DNA of 64,000 bases, from positions 8,269,957-8,333,956 of the forward strand of contig MU053881.1 in assembly GCA_013239625.1 (NCBI GenBank). The letters run 5' to 3'. Source of the stretch: Lama guanicoe. Its lineage: Eukaryota. Shown here piece after piece: positions 13,578 through 26,586 of the stretch. The notes beneath the pieces were generated by a model that made no database searches, had not been told where the DNA came from, and saw only the letters and a program-made list of their open reading frames with translations. Within the stretch, counting starts at the first letter, position 1. Every line of letters starts with the position of its first letter. Made by a program: the position numbers and the translations under genes.

Positions 13578-13926
13578 GGCCTCGCCCCACCGCGGACTCC
13601 AGCCTGGTGGGTGGGGACGGCCCCGCGAACCCCCTGGAGATTCCAGGTGAAGAAGCGGGAGCTGGACAGGAAGCAAAAGAAGAAGAGAATATTAAGTATA
13701 TTGTAAAATAAACAAAAAATAGAACTTATTTTTATTATAGAAAGTGACTATTTTCATCTTTTATTATATAAATATATCACACCGTCTGAGTATATGTACC
13801 ATATAGTGATTTTTACTGAGTTGTTCGTTTTGTGTTGTGTATTTGTCGTGTTTTTATAAACAGCTGTTAAAAGTTTTAAGAAAAAAGACTAATAAAAATG
13901 TTTTAAAACAAAAGGATGAGAATAAA
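13578..13926 (+). terminator. SLIT3: SLIT3 proximal 3' UTR with clustered poly(A) signals
   Basis: AT-rich block after the stop codon with AATAAA at 13707, 13891 and 13921. Confidence 0.7.
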
Positions 13927-16900
13927 GAAGCGATAGCCTGTCTGAGGAGGAAGGAGGAGGCGTATACGTGTAACAAACACGATCATGGCAGAAACGAAGA
14001 CCTGCTTACTGAGCTTAGGAAAAGGAGTGAGGAGGAGAGAAAGAAGGAAAATATTTTTCTTTGTTGTTTCTTCTTATTTTTAATAACTTTTTTTTCTTCC
14101 CTATAACCACCCAGCTTTTCCATCCAGGTCTCCCATGAAAAGCCACCGAGCACTGCACTGGCCTCAGACTCCTGCTGGGACCCAGAGCGCTTGCTGTCCC
14201 ATGAGCCCTGGACCCCGGCAGGGTCTGCGCCCCCTGCTGACCCCCTTGTCCATCCTGGCTGCCCTTGATTCCATTACTGGATGATCTGAACTCCGCCCGA
14301 GGTTTAATCTGAGCCTGTTTTGCCAAATCTGAAAACAGCAGCTCTTTTCCGGCTCCTCCCCAGGAACACAGGGGTCACGCCGCCGCCTCCTCGGGCCCCA
14401 GCACCGGCCCTTCCTCTGGAAGCTCTGAGCCACCGTGCTCCCTGCAGCCAGTCTCATACCGGAAGGCGGTGTCAGGAGAGCAGGCAGCCAGGGATGCTGG
14501 GAATGAGGAAGGTCGGGGGCCAAGCTTGTCCATGGCTACAGTAGACGTCCGACTCTAGAAAGTTCTGGGAGGCTTTTGCCATGGGACCGATGGCCTCTGT
14601 CACCTAATCCTCCAGGCCCCCATCATCATGACAAAGACCCCTCCCCATCCACAACACTTTCGGATGCATATCCACACTGCACTTTATTCTATCTGTGCAG
14701 CCCCTAGACCAGGGAAAGGTAAAGCAGTACAATCCCATTTCATAGACTGGGAAACTGAGGCCTCTCTCCAGCCCTGTATCTTACCTTAAGCTAAACTCTG
14801 ATAGCTGGCAGAGCAAGGCTTGGAGCCCACATTCAAAACTCTAGATTCCTTCTCCAGAACAGCATAAACAAAGAGGGTCCAAGCAGTTTAAGTTCATCAG
14901 AGAAGTCCTACCAGAAAAAGGAAAGTAGATTATTTTCCCCCCTATTTTCCTGGTCTTATTCTGCCTTGTTCTGCCTCCTTAGTATCTGGAGAGATTCTAG
15001 ACCGAGGGACTTAGGTACCAGGGAATGTGAACAAGGGCTGCCCATCCAGCCCAGACTCCACTCCGAGAACTGCCAGCCCCCCTGAAGGGCACTTGCCCCT
15101 GTCTCTTCCCCACCCTCATCTGTCCCCTTCCAGCCCTGTCAGGCCAGTGCAGATGGCCCTGGGACTCAGCTGCTCACACCAATGCCCTGTCTCACCTCCA
15201 CCTCTCCCTCCCCCAGAAGCCTCCCCTGCAGAAGCATCTGAGAGGAGAGCGTGGGGCTCAGTGGACCATCCAGCCCTGAGTGTCCCCAGAGGACCCTATG
15301 GTAAATCAAGAAGGGGGAAAGAAAGGAAAGGAGGATGGAGGAACATTAGCCAAGTGGCAGATAAGGAAGGAGGGTGAGAAGGAAGGAAGGAAAAGAGGGA
15401 GGAAAGGGGGAAAGGAGCGAGAACTGAAGAACAAAAGGAAGCGGAGGATGAAGAGAAGGAGGGATAAGATGGAGGAATTTACTTGTGTATATTGTTTGTA
15501 ACATACATTATGTCTCAGGTACGTACTGTACCTTATGATGCATTTGTTTCAAATACTAATAGCTAGATTTACTCAGTACTTACTACATTATACATCGGGT
15601 ACCATTCTAATTTATATATAAAATATATACATATTCATTTAATTCTCAAAACCACCCTGTTGTAAAGACACTGCTAACCCATTTTACAGTTGAGTAAATT
15701 GAGGCATGAAGAAGTTAAAGGACTTGCACAAGAGCAGATGCCTAATAAGTCAGAGAGCTGGGACTTGGGCCCAGGCTGTCTGACTCCAGGACTTGCTTCT
15801 CGTGGGATGAAAATACATCCCACGTCTAAGGATCCTACAGTCTGAGGCAGAAACAATTGTGGAAATAGACAATTGTTCTATTATATGGAAGTAGTTGTTC
15901 AGAGTGAAAAATTTCTAATCTTGGGTCTTCAAGGATGAATAGGAGTTTGCCAGGGCACAGGAAAGGGAGTTGAACTTCCAGAGAGTTCCCTATTAAAACG
16001 AAGTGAGCTATCAAAAGACCTGGTTGGTTTGGGGAGCAGTCAGAGGTCTGGGGTGTCAGGATGGTGGATGCACACCGGGGAGCAGGGACCAGTGAGTTAG
16101 ACATGAAGGCAGGGGTTCGACCACAAAGGACCATGTGTGGCAGGCTAGACCCCAGGTCCCCAGCAGGGTCTGGGGGCGGGGGAATAGCGAAACAAGCTCC
16201 GCTTTAGGAAGAGAACTGGTGGCAAAGTAGAGAAAGGCCTGGAAGAAGAGGTAGGGCTCTGCCACCCAACATGGCCTTAGGGCTCCCCTGGATGCTCTGG
16301 TTGTGACTAGACAACGCTGGTTCCCAGATGGGTCACAAAGCCTTTGTGGGAGCTCGGAAACTCAGCCCTGGAAGGGGTGTCCCGGGATCTACCCAATGCC
16401 CCTCCATCCCCCGGGCCCTGCCAGCCCTCCTCACGCAGGCAGGTGGCCCTGACCCTTGTTCCACCACCAACACTCCTGGCCAGCTCTCCCCACCCAGCAC
16501 GGGGCCCGCTCAGCCTGCCATCCTGAGCCCCGCCCGGGGTCCCCGACTTCCTGGCAGAGCTCACCAGGCTGACAGCTTCCTCTCAGCCTCCCCAAGGATT
16601 CAGAGGCCTCTCTTCACCAATCACCCCCTGGGCCCAACCTTGAATCCAGCCAGTCTGCCAAGATAGCGAGGGTTCTCTCAGTGTGGCTTGGGGGCAATTT
16701 TGAGCCTTCCCCTCAATTTCAGAAGCTCTGAATTTAAGCCAAACTCAGGATCATTAAGAAAAGTCCTCCCCAAAATGAAGTTTCTCTAACAAACGGAGAT
16801 TAAAACTCCCTTATGTGAGCAGCCAAGTTCTAGAAACTGGAAGTCCCACGGGGCAGGAGGAGCTCGGTCGGTTAATTTGCACACTGAATGGTTCAGTGTG

Positions 16901-17779
16901 GGGTATGGGTATGTGCACACGCGCAGAAGAGGGGGCTTGGGCTGTTTCCCCCTGAGCAGGATTCAGGGGGAAAGGAAGGGAGTGTCCCTTTTTGACTCAA
17001 CCAAGGGACCCTAAAGGGTTTATGTATTTAAAAGCTCTTTGTAAAGTGTAAACTAAAAACCTTAAATGTACTGTTACTATTACTGTTGTTGTTGCTATTA
17101 TTGACACGCCAAAAGGCCCACTGGAGAAGATGGCTTTGCCTTTCCAATTTTATAGAAAAGAACCTGAGTCGACACTTGAGAAAGATGACAGAGAAGAGGA
17201 CAAGGAGGAAAGAGGCAAGGCCAGGAGGGGGGCTGAGTTAAGTCTGCCCTTCACCAGACACAATGCTCTCAGCAGACTGAACCCTTAAACGGAGCAGCCG
17301 CCCCCTGCCTTCGCTGGGAGCAGAAGCCCCTAGCGTAAACGCAACTGCCCCTCAAAGACTCACCAGGTCCCAGATAACAGAGTGGGAGGAACCCGAGGGG
17401 ATCCCCGGTGACTGGGAAAACTGGGAATCAGTGTCTAGACCAGAGACCAAGTTCGAGCACATCAACACCAAGGGCAGGGACAGACCCAGGTAGGTGCCCA
17501 CCTGGGCCAGTGTTCTTCCCGCGACTCCAGAGGGGGCATCCAGACAGAGGAAAGCCTGAAGCAGACCCACAAACACCTTCTGGGTGGCCAGCAAAGTACC
17601 CTCCCCCTCCCCCCCCCCAACCTCCCAGTGCACTCAGGTGGCCGGGAAGCCGGGACACGGTCTGGCCTGTGGGCACTCACCCGTGCTCCCCGGGCAGGCT
17701 TAGCCAAAGGAAACACTTGGGCAAAGCTGATGAGAGATGCCAGCTAGCCAGGGCCAGCAAAGGCAGAACTGGGCATTTG

Positions 17780-18020
17780 GCAAAGCTTATTTATCTAACT
17801 CAAAAATAGTTTCTAAGAGGAAAAATTTTAAGATGTTTTTAAAACAATGTTATAGTGCCACTTCCCCAGTATGGGATAAATAATGTATTTCTTTTTTCCT
17901 TAATAGACTGTCATATGCTGATGTCATTAAAATAAATGGATGAGTCACAGGAGAGCAATCAGACGCTCCTGTGAATACTGTAAGCTCAGCCCTGCTCTGT
18001 GGTGTGTGTTTTATTTTTAC
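17780..18020 (+). terminator. SLIT3: Candidate distal poly(A) site of a long SLIT3 3' UTR
   Basis: AT-rich, non-repetitive block with overlapping ATTAAA (17926) and AATAAA (17931), upstream TGTA/T-rich elements and a downstream GT/T-rich tract near 17998-18018. Confidence 0.5.
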
Positions 18021-19104
18021 TCCTGACCTCCACACTCCCTGGGGCAAAGATTACTGCATTCATGGGGTTTGAGAAAGTCTGATGTGGAGTAAGTGAAAAA
18101 AAAAATTGGTTTCTTGCACCATGATGGTGGAAAATGGATCCAGAGCTCCCCAGAGACGTGGGAGAGAAGACTCAACATGTGGCTTAGAGTCCGCAGGGCA
18201 CATGGTTTGTATGGTGACAGACTGGGGCCAAGGGTCACAGAGGAGGAAGCCACTCCAGGGCAGAGGACACTTATTAAGACAGGAAGGAAGATTCCTTCTG
18301 AGTACTCCAGTGCCTAATTAAATCCCCTCCTTGAGTCATTCTTTCCACAAGCATTTAGTGAACATCTACTATGTGCAGGGACTGGGCACTGAGCACTACA
18401 AAGATGACCAAGACAAAGTCCTTGTTCTGCTGCAGTTTAACTTTTAACTGAGTGTCAATCAACAAACAAGGATAACATCAGATAATAATAAAAAAAAAAG
18501 TAGAGATGACGTGACAGAACAGCTGGTGGGTACTTTATACAGTGAAGTCAAGGAAAGGCTCACTGAAGAATGAGGACAAGGGGTAGGGTGAAGAAGAACT
18601 AGTACGAGGAGGAAGCCTGGCCCCCCACCCCCAGCACTCGCTATCTATCTGTCCTCACATGGTGGCATCTGAGGGCAGTGGGTAGCCCAAGCTGCTTAGG
18701 AGGCCAGAAGGGATGATGCGGGCAAGAGAGCACCATGAGTGGACTTGCGAGTGAGGGGAGAGCAGCAGAGGTTACCTCTCGGCTTCCGAGCCCTGGGGCA
18801 CCCTTAGGAGCCCATGGCCTTTCTGAATGACGAATACCAAGGGTCCGCTACCTCCCGAGGCTGACTGAGGTCACCTTCACTTCCCTGGCAGGTGATCTTT
18901 CATCTCCAGTGTGTGAAAAAATCTGAATTGGGGAGGGGGGTAGATTTTGCGCTGACACATACTGTGTCACACAGCCCATGGGTCCCTTCCAGGAGGAGCT
19001 GCTGGCCAGAAACCCACAGCCTCCATTTTCCACGCTTAGACCAAGAAGCCCCTCCTCCCAGGCTTAGGACCTATGTGGATCCCTCTCAAATTCCCTTTTG
19101 TGTG

Positions 19105-20018
19105 ATTAAAAACTCTCAGGAGGTGCGCATAGAGGGAACACATCTTAACATAATAAAGGTCATATATGAGAAACCCACCGCTAATATCATACTCAATGGT
19201 GAAAGGCTGAAAGCATTTCCTCTAAGATCAGGTACAAGACAAGGATGTCCACTCTGACCACTTTTATTCAACATAGTATTGGAAGTCCTAGCCACAGCAG
19301 GCAAGAAAAAGAAATACAAGGGATCCAAACTGGAAAGGAAGAAGTAAAACTGTCCCTCTTTGCAGATGACATGATACTATATATAGAACATCCCAAAGAT
19401 GCCACCAAAAATACAACTGGAGCTCAACAGTGAGTTCAGTCAAGTTGCAGAATAAAGAAGTACAGAAACCTGTTCCCTTTCTATATGTTAACAACAAAGT
19501 ATCAGAAATAGAAATTAAGCAAACAATCCTATACACTACTGCATCAAAAAGAAGAACATACCTAGGAATAAATCTACCTAAGGAAGTAAAAGACCTGTAC
19601 TTGGAAAACAGTAAATCAGTGGTGAAAGGAAACTGAAGATGACACAAACATGTGGAAAGATACACCAGGTTCCTGGGCTGGAAGAATATTGTTAAAATGA
19701 CCGCACGATCCAAGGCTCTACAGATTCAATGCAATCCCTATCAAAACACCAGTGGCACTTTTCACAGAACTAGAACAAATAATTTTTAAATTTGTATGGA
19801 GACACAAAGACCCTGAATAGCCAAAACAATCTCAAGAAAGAAAAACAGAGCTGGAGGAATCAAGCGCCCTGGCTTCAGACTATACTACAAAGCTACATTC
19901 ATCAAAACAGTATGGTGCTGGCAGGAAAACAGACACATAGATCCATGGAACAGGAGAGAGAGCCAAGAAACATGCTGCACACCTGAAACATATGTCAATT
20001 ATATCTCAATTTAAAAAT
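19105..20018 (+). mobile_element. L1 fragment: ORF2 RT region joined directly to the L1 3' terminus
   Basis: Translates as [35 protein letters not shown] and [14 protein letters not shown] (RT active-site motif). Terminal 3' UTR motif 'tgcacacctgaaac..atgtcaattatatctcaattt aaaaa' at about 19975-20018. Confidence 0.88.
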
Positions 20019-20029
20019 ATAACACAATA

Positions 20030-21255
<1,226 letters not shown>

Positions 21256-21284
21256 CCTTTAGCAACACACTTGAAAGTCGAAAA

Positions 21285-21391
21285 ATATGAAAACGAATAT
21301 ATGTATGTATATGCATGACTGGGACACTGTGCTGTACACCAGAAACTGATACACTGTAACTGATGGTACTTCAACGGAAAAAAACCAAAAA
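21285..21391 (+). mobile_element. Short L1 3'-end fragment
   Basis: Similar to the reverse complement of the L1 terminus at 3345-3450 ('tgctgtacaccagaaa.tga.aca.tgtaactga...tacttcaa' plus A tail). Confidence 0.75.
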
Positions 21392-21568
21392 GTCAACAAC
21401 TTTCTTCACTTGGACTCAGATGCTGTTTTCACTTGGTTATAAAAATTAAATGTTAAAATGTGGCATAAATGTGTAACTCTTTACCTAAATTGGAGGTGGG
21501 CAGAGGGTAGAGAACAGCTGCTAAACCTGCTTTGAGTCCTTGAATAAATAAATTATAATTAATTGAAG

Positions 21569-21728
21569 CAGGGGAGCATGTAGCTCAAATGGTAGAGCGA
21601 GTGCTTAGCATGCACCAGGTCCTGGGTTCAATTCCCAGTAACTCCATTTAAAAAAAAAAAAAAACTAATAATGAATAAACAGACCTAATGATCTCCTGCA
21701 CACATACAAAAAGATTATATATATATAA
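21569..21728 (+). mobile_element. tRNA-derived SINE (vic-1-like) with 12-bp target-site duplication
   Basis: A and B boxes; TSD aattaattgaag at 21557-21568 and 21729-21740. Confidence 0.88.
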
Positions 21729-22273
21729 AATTAATTGAAGAGGGATTTTCAGGGTGACCTCTTCTCCAGCGACCTTGTTTTAAAAATGATTTCAACGTCC
21801 ATCTCCTTCGGATGGTGACTGATCAGACATAACAGCAGTGGAATATTTCCTAGTCACAGGTGAAAAGGCGAATTCACAGACCAAGAAGGTGAGAACACTG
21901 AGCCGCATCGAGTACATGCTCCTTATCACACATCACACACATGTTAAGACCAAAGCATAACTCCATTTAAAAAAAAAAAACTAATAATGAATAAACAGAC
22001 CTAATGATCTCCTGCACACATACAAAAAGATTATATATATATAAAATTAATTGAAGAGGGATTTTCAGGGTGACCTCTTCTCCAGCGACCTTGTTTTAAA
22101 AATGATTTCAACGTCCATCTCCTTCGGATGGTGACTGATCAGACATAACAGCAGTGGAATATTTCCTAGTCACAGGTGAAAAGGCGAATTCACAGACCAA
22201 GAAGGTGAGAACACTGAGCCGCATCGAGTACATGCTCCTTATCACACATCACACACATGTTAAGACCAAAGCA
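21639..22273. repeat. Direct tandem duplication, two copies (319 and 316 bp)
   Basis: 21639-21957 and 21958-22273 appear identical except for the poly-A run length (15 vs 12). Confidence 0.95.
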
Positions 22274-23264
22274 ACGCTGCCAGAAGTTCCTGCTCTCCCC
22301 ATTTAACTAGTGAGTGAGAAAGACTTGAACAGCACACCTAGGAAACGGCAGAGGGGTGACTGAGAACGAGGCCCTTACCCCTTCCACCACCATGTGATCT
22401 GCACAAGCCCCTGGGAAATGTCTCCTACTGGACTCCTTCCCACATACGGGGTGTGCCGTGCAAGATACTGGAACTCCTTGGGATTAACGGAAACTGACAC
22501 GCTAATTAATCGGAAGACTGAAATCAGACGTTGCGTAAGCACTGGAGTTAAGCCCGTGCAACTGCCACGGGGAAATACTGGGAACAGCTCTTTTACAGAG
22601 TGGCTGCCGCGGACCAGAGTATTGCACATTAATCCCCAACTCTCTCCAAAATTACGCAAGGTTGTTATCTCCATGTTACAGACGAAGTGCCTGCACCTTG
22701 GACAAGTAAGGTCATTTACCCAGGGTTCCACAGCGGGTAAACTGCAGAGCTTGGGTTCAAACCTGGGTCTGCTAAGTCTAAAGTTATATGCTTTTCCACC
22801 TCCACCATGCTACCCCAACTTTGGCAGCAAGGAGAATGCTCTCTATCCTCCATGGGTAGGAAGAGGGCCTGAACAGGTGTGCAGAGGTAGGAGGAGGTGG
22901 TGAGTCCATGGAAGCTGAGACCTGAGTCTCATGGGCAGACCTTAGGTAGGACCACACAGGTGTAGCTGGTGAGGCTGGCCCTTCCCCGTGCCTGTGAGGG
23001 TCATCTTCCCTCATATACATCCTCATGGACTCAGCTTTTCAGCTGATGGGGCCACTGCAGTATTATTACCCATATCCTCTACCCACTCCTGCCCTAGAGA
23101 GAAAAGCATGTGAACTGGAGTCCTAGGGCTGCCACTGACTTGCTAGGCCACTTGGGTAAATATGTTATCTCTCTGAGCAGCCGCCAAAAATAAAAGGGAA
23201 AAGGTTGATAAAATCCACCTGCAGTCCAGGAAAGTTACCTGGTTAAATGATCCTGCATTAACCC

Positions 23265-23985
23265 TATTTCCAAGGGTAGAGGAACACTTCCCATACACCA
23301 CCAAGCAATTCTCAGACACCAGCTGGGTGTCCTACAATTTAACTCAGTTCTGACACTGTCTGCTCAGAGAGAGCATCAGATTCCACAGGTTAAAGGTTTA
23401 GTCCTTCAGGACAGCTCCCCCATCAATCTCAGAAGCCAGCTGTAAGTCCAGGTTGCTATGTGTACTTCTGATTGATAAGCGATAGATTGGAGGTTCTTAT
23501 GACCCCCTCTTTGGGTTTAATTAATTTGCTAGAGGGGCTCGCAGAACTCAGAGATACATTTTACTTGCTGGAGTACCAGTTTATTATGAAAAGATGTAAC
23601 TCAGAACAGCCAGATGGAAGCGAAACACAGCAAGGTATGGGGAAAGGGGGCGGAGCTTCCCAGCTGTCTCCAAGCTCACCAATCAGAAAGCTCTCTGAAC
23701 CCAGTCTTTTTGGGTTTCTGTAAAGGCTTCATTATAGCAGTGTGACTGATTAAGTCATTGGCCACTGGTGAGTCAACTCAATCTCCAGTCCCAGGTCAAG
23801 GGGTAGGACTGAAAGTTCCCACTGGCAACCGGCCCCCATCCTTGGGTGCTTTCCAAAAGTCACCTCATTAACACAACAAAATACACCGTTATGGCTCTTA
23901 TCACAGGAAATTCCAAGGTTTTTAGGAGATCCGTGCCAGAAACAGGGAAGAAGACCAAATATTTATTATAAATCACAGTATCACA
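23265..23985 (-). mobile_element. MER21-like LTR
   Basis: 'gacaccagctgggtgtcctacaatttaactcagttctgacact' and a terminus whose reverse complement is 'tgtgatactgtgatttataataaatatttggtcttc'. Confidence 0.75.
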
Positions 23986-24132
23986 CTTGGCAAGAACTTA
24001 ACCATGAGAAATGATTCTGTGAGTACACTTTGTAAAAACTATAAGCACCACAAAGATACGGATTAATCCCAGAAGCGGTAAGTAATCTGTAGTTCTCTGG
24101 GGTTACTGTAACAAAGTACCACAAACTGGCTT

Positions 24133-24588
24133 TGAGGCGGAACTCCTAGGCAGGGCCGCTGCTCTCTTAGCACCATGTGGTTCCCAGGCCCAGAGCCTCT
24201 ATCTCACTTTTTGCCTCTAAAGCGGCTTACACCTAGAATTCTATTGGTTCCCTGAGGTCACTTATTTCCTTCATTCCTGATTGGTTATTACTCTCACTTC
24301 TGATTGGCCCATTTGTAGTACTTCATTTGCATGGAGCTCACTCCTGATTGGTCTATTTCTACAAAGCTTGTTCCTGGTTAGTCAACTTCTGTTGTACTTT
24401 ATTTGCATATGATGTTGCAAAGTATAAAACTGGCAGCTTATAAAAGGCCTGTGTAAACCTACAGACGGGGTTCAGAGGTTGAAGTGTTAACTCCTTTGGG
24501 CCCAGTGGTGTAATAAACCTGAGTTCTCCAACTCTCCGAGTGCTGCTTGGTCTGTCGCCCGGGTGTAACACGAAGCCACAACGTTTCA
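24133..24588 (+). mobile_element. Solo ERV LTR nested in MLT1
   Basis: TG...CA ends, repeated inverted CCAAT boxes, TATA (tataaaa about 24439), AATAAA about 24513. R/U5 resembles the LTR at 29568-30035. No clean TSD seen. Confidence 0.75.
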
Positions 24589-24855
24589 AAACAACAAGTC
24601 TATTTTCTCACAGTTCAGGAAACCAGAAATGCAGAATCAATGTATCAGCAAAACTGATTTCTGTTGGAGGCTGTGTGACAAACTCCCCGATCCGCTCTTA
24701 GCGTCTGAGGTTTGCTGGCAACTCTTGGCTTGTAGATGTTTCACTCCAGTCTCTGCCTGCGTTATATTCAAGTGACCTGTATCTGTCATTTTCTGTCTAA
24801 GGACACTCTCCTTGGATTTAGAACCCATCCTAATCCAGTAAGAACTCATCTCAGT

Positions 24856-25307
24856 TGTAAAACAAAGAAAGTTGCCACCCATCTAATTCTATCAGGATTA
24901 AATTGCAACTCGCTGCAGCTGCCCACCCACAGCATACCCTGTGGGGAATTCAGGATGGAGAGAAACAGGAAGCATTCTGTGCTTTGAATACACAGACCTT
25001 TAGAGAGTTAAGATGCGTATCTAGGGAAAAAAATTTCAATGACCCCAGATTCTTGCATCTTCCCAAACACAGAAAGGCATTAAAATCATTAATCTGAGAT
25101 ACCTGTTCTCTGTGATGAGCACAAATCTTTTTATGCTTGAGTACGTGTTTTTCCCACCAAAGAAAAAAAAATTTATATATCCTAGCTCTTCTATTACCTC
25201 TTTGGAGTAGTTTCTTAGAACTATCCGAGAGGCGGTCTCCTGGGCTACAGTTCTCAGTAAGGTCCTGAAATTCAAGGCTCTTACATTCTGCAGGTTTTCA
25301 GTCAACA
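24856..25307 (+). mobile_element. Solo ERV1-type LTR nested in MLT1
   Basis: TG start and 'ttttcagtcaaca' end; R-region motif 'tctttggagtagtttcttagaactatccgagaggcggtctcctgggctacagttctcagtaagg'. Confidence 0.65.
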
Positions 25308-25559
25308 GAATCTTTACCTTAATTACACCTGCAAAGACCCCAATTCCAAATAAAGTCACATTCTGGGGTTCTGAATGGACATGAACTCTGGAATCCTATT
25401 CAACCCACTACATAATCTAATGCCTTCATGTATAGTTGAGGCTTTTTAAAGGGAAATGACTTACCCAAGGTCAGTTTCGCATGACATCTAATGATGTTAG
25501 AGGGAGGAGACACATGGGCACTGTGTGACTTTCAGAGACCACAGACCATACAGCGGTGA

Positions 25560-25876
25560 ACATGTAGTAGAGAATAACCTTTGTTTTGCTGGAGGTTTAC
25601 AGGGACACCATGACCTAGCCCACGGGAATGGCTGTAAGAACAAAGAAAGCCTGCAGCAAGAAGATTACAACAACCAACCACACCCCCCTCCCTTATTTTT
25701 TTGTATAAAATGAGCCTGTATTTTGACTAGAGCAGGATGGTTCTCCAAGACGTTAGTCTGCCATCCTCTCAGTCTGCCGGCTTTCCAAATAAATTTGCTA
25801 TTCCTTGCCCCAACACCTCGTCTCCCAATTTACTGGCCTGTCGTGCGACAAGCAGAACAAGTTTGGAGTCACAGAC
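25560..25876 (+). mobile_element. Solo LTR (ERV1-like), boundaries approximate
   Basis: TATA-like gtataaaa about 25703, 'aataaatttgctattccttgccccaacacctcgtctc...ttactggcctgtcgtgcg' U5-like end. Confidence 0.6.
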
Positions 25877-26038
25877 AGATCTACACAGATCAAGATGAAT
25901 AAGCTCATCCTACGTGAAGAAAAACCCAGAAGTCTGCTTAAAGCAAATTCTGTATTTCCAACCTGTTTTTCTCCCTCCCAGGGAACAGAAGAAGGTGGGC
26001 ATTTTGCACCACAGAAAAACCACTGAAGCCAGAGAAAC

Positions 26039-26586
26039 TGAAACAGCAGGACCCCGGGGGGCCCCCCGACTTCTTGTTGTAGGAAATAGGCTTCATTCAG
26101 CCTCTTTGACTGAATTCCCTGGGTTCCAAAGGGCAGATTCTAACAGCTGCTAATCAGAGAAGGGAGGGGATGCAGAGAGAAGGGAGAAACAGTCAAGAAA
26201 CAATAGCACAGCCTTGGGGCAGGCTCCTGGTTCCTAATCAAGGAATAGACAGCAATCAATACCTTTGAGTTCTCCCAGAAACTGAGCCCCCACCCAGGTG
26301 GAGGATGGCAACTTCAGGCTGAGCACAAGATTCCTGCCTGGAGCAACGTCCTGTTACCTCCCCATCAACCAATCAGAAGAAAGTCACACATCCTGCAGCC
26401 CTCACCCCAAATTTCATCTATAAATTCTTTTCCCCAAAAAACCATCACAAAGGTTGAGTTTCTCAAGCATGAGCTGCCCTTCCTCCCTGCTTGGCCCTGC
26501 AATAAACCTTTCTCTGCTCCGAACTCCAACTTTTCCGTTTGTTTGGCTTCACAGTGCATCAGGCACACGGATTTTGTTAGGTAACA
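26039..26586 (+). mobile_element. Solo ERV1-type LTR with 4-bp TSD
   Basis: TG...CA ends with aaac directly on both sides (26035-26038, 26587-26590); ccaat, tataaa about 26419, aataaa at 26501. Confidence 0.82.

Larger units (their letters stand above)
24088..25411 (+). mobile_element. MLT1 (MaLR) LTR split by two younger LTR insertions
   Basis: MLT1 motifs at 24088-24132 (ctgtaacaaagtaccacaaactgg), 24589-24853 and 25308-25411 (ttaattacacctgcaaagacc...ccaaataaagtcacattct...caacccactaca). Confidence 0.75.
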
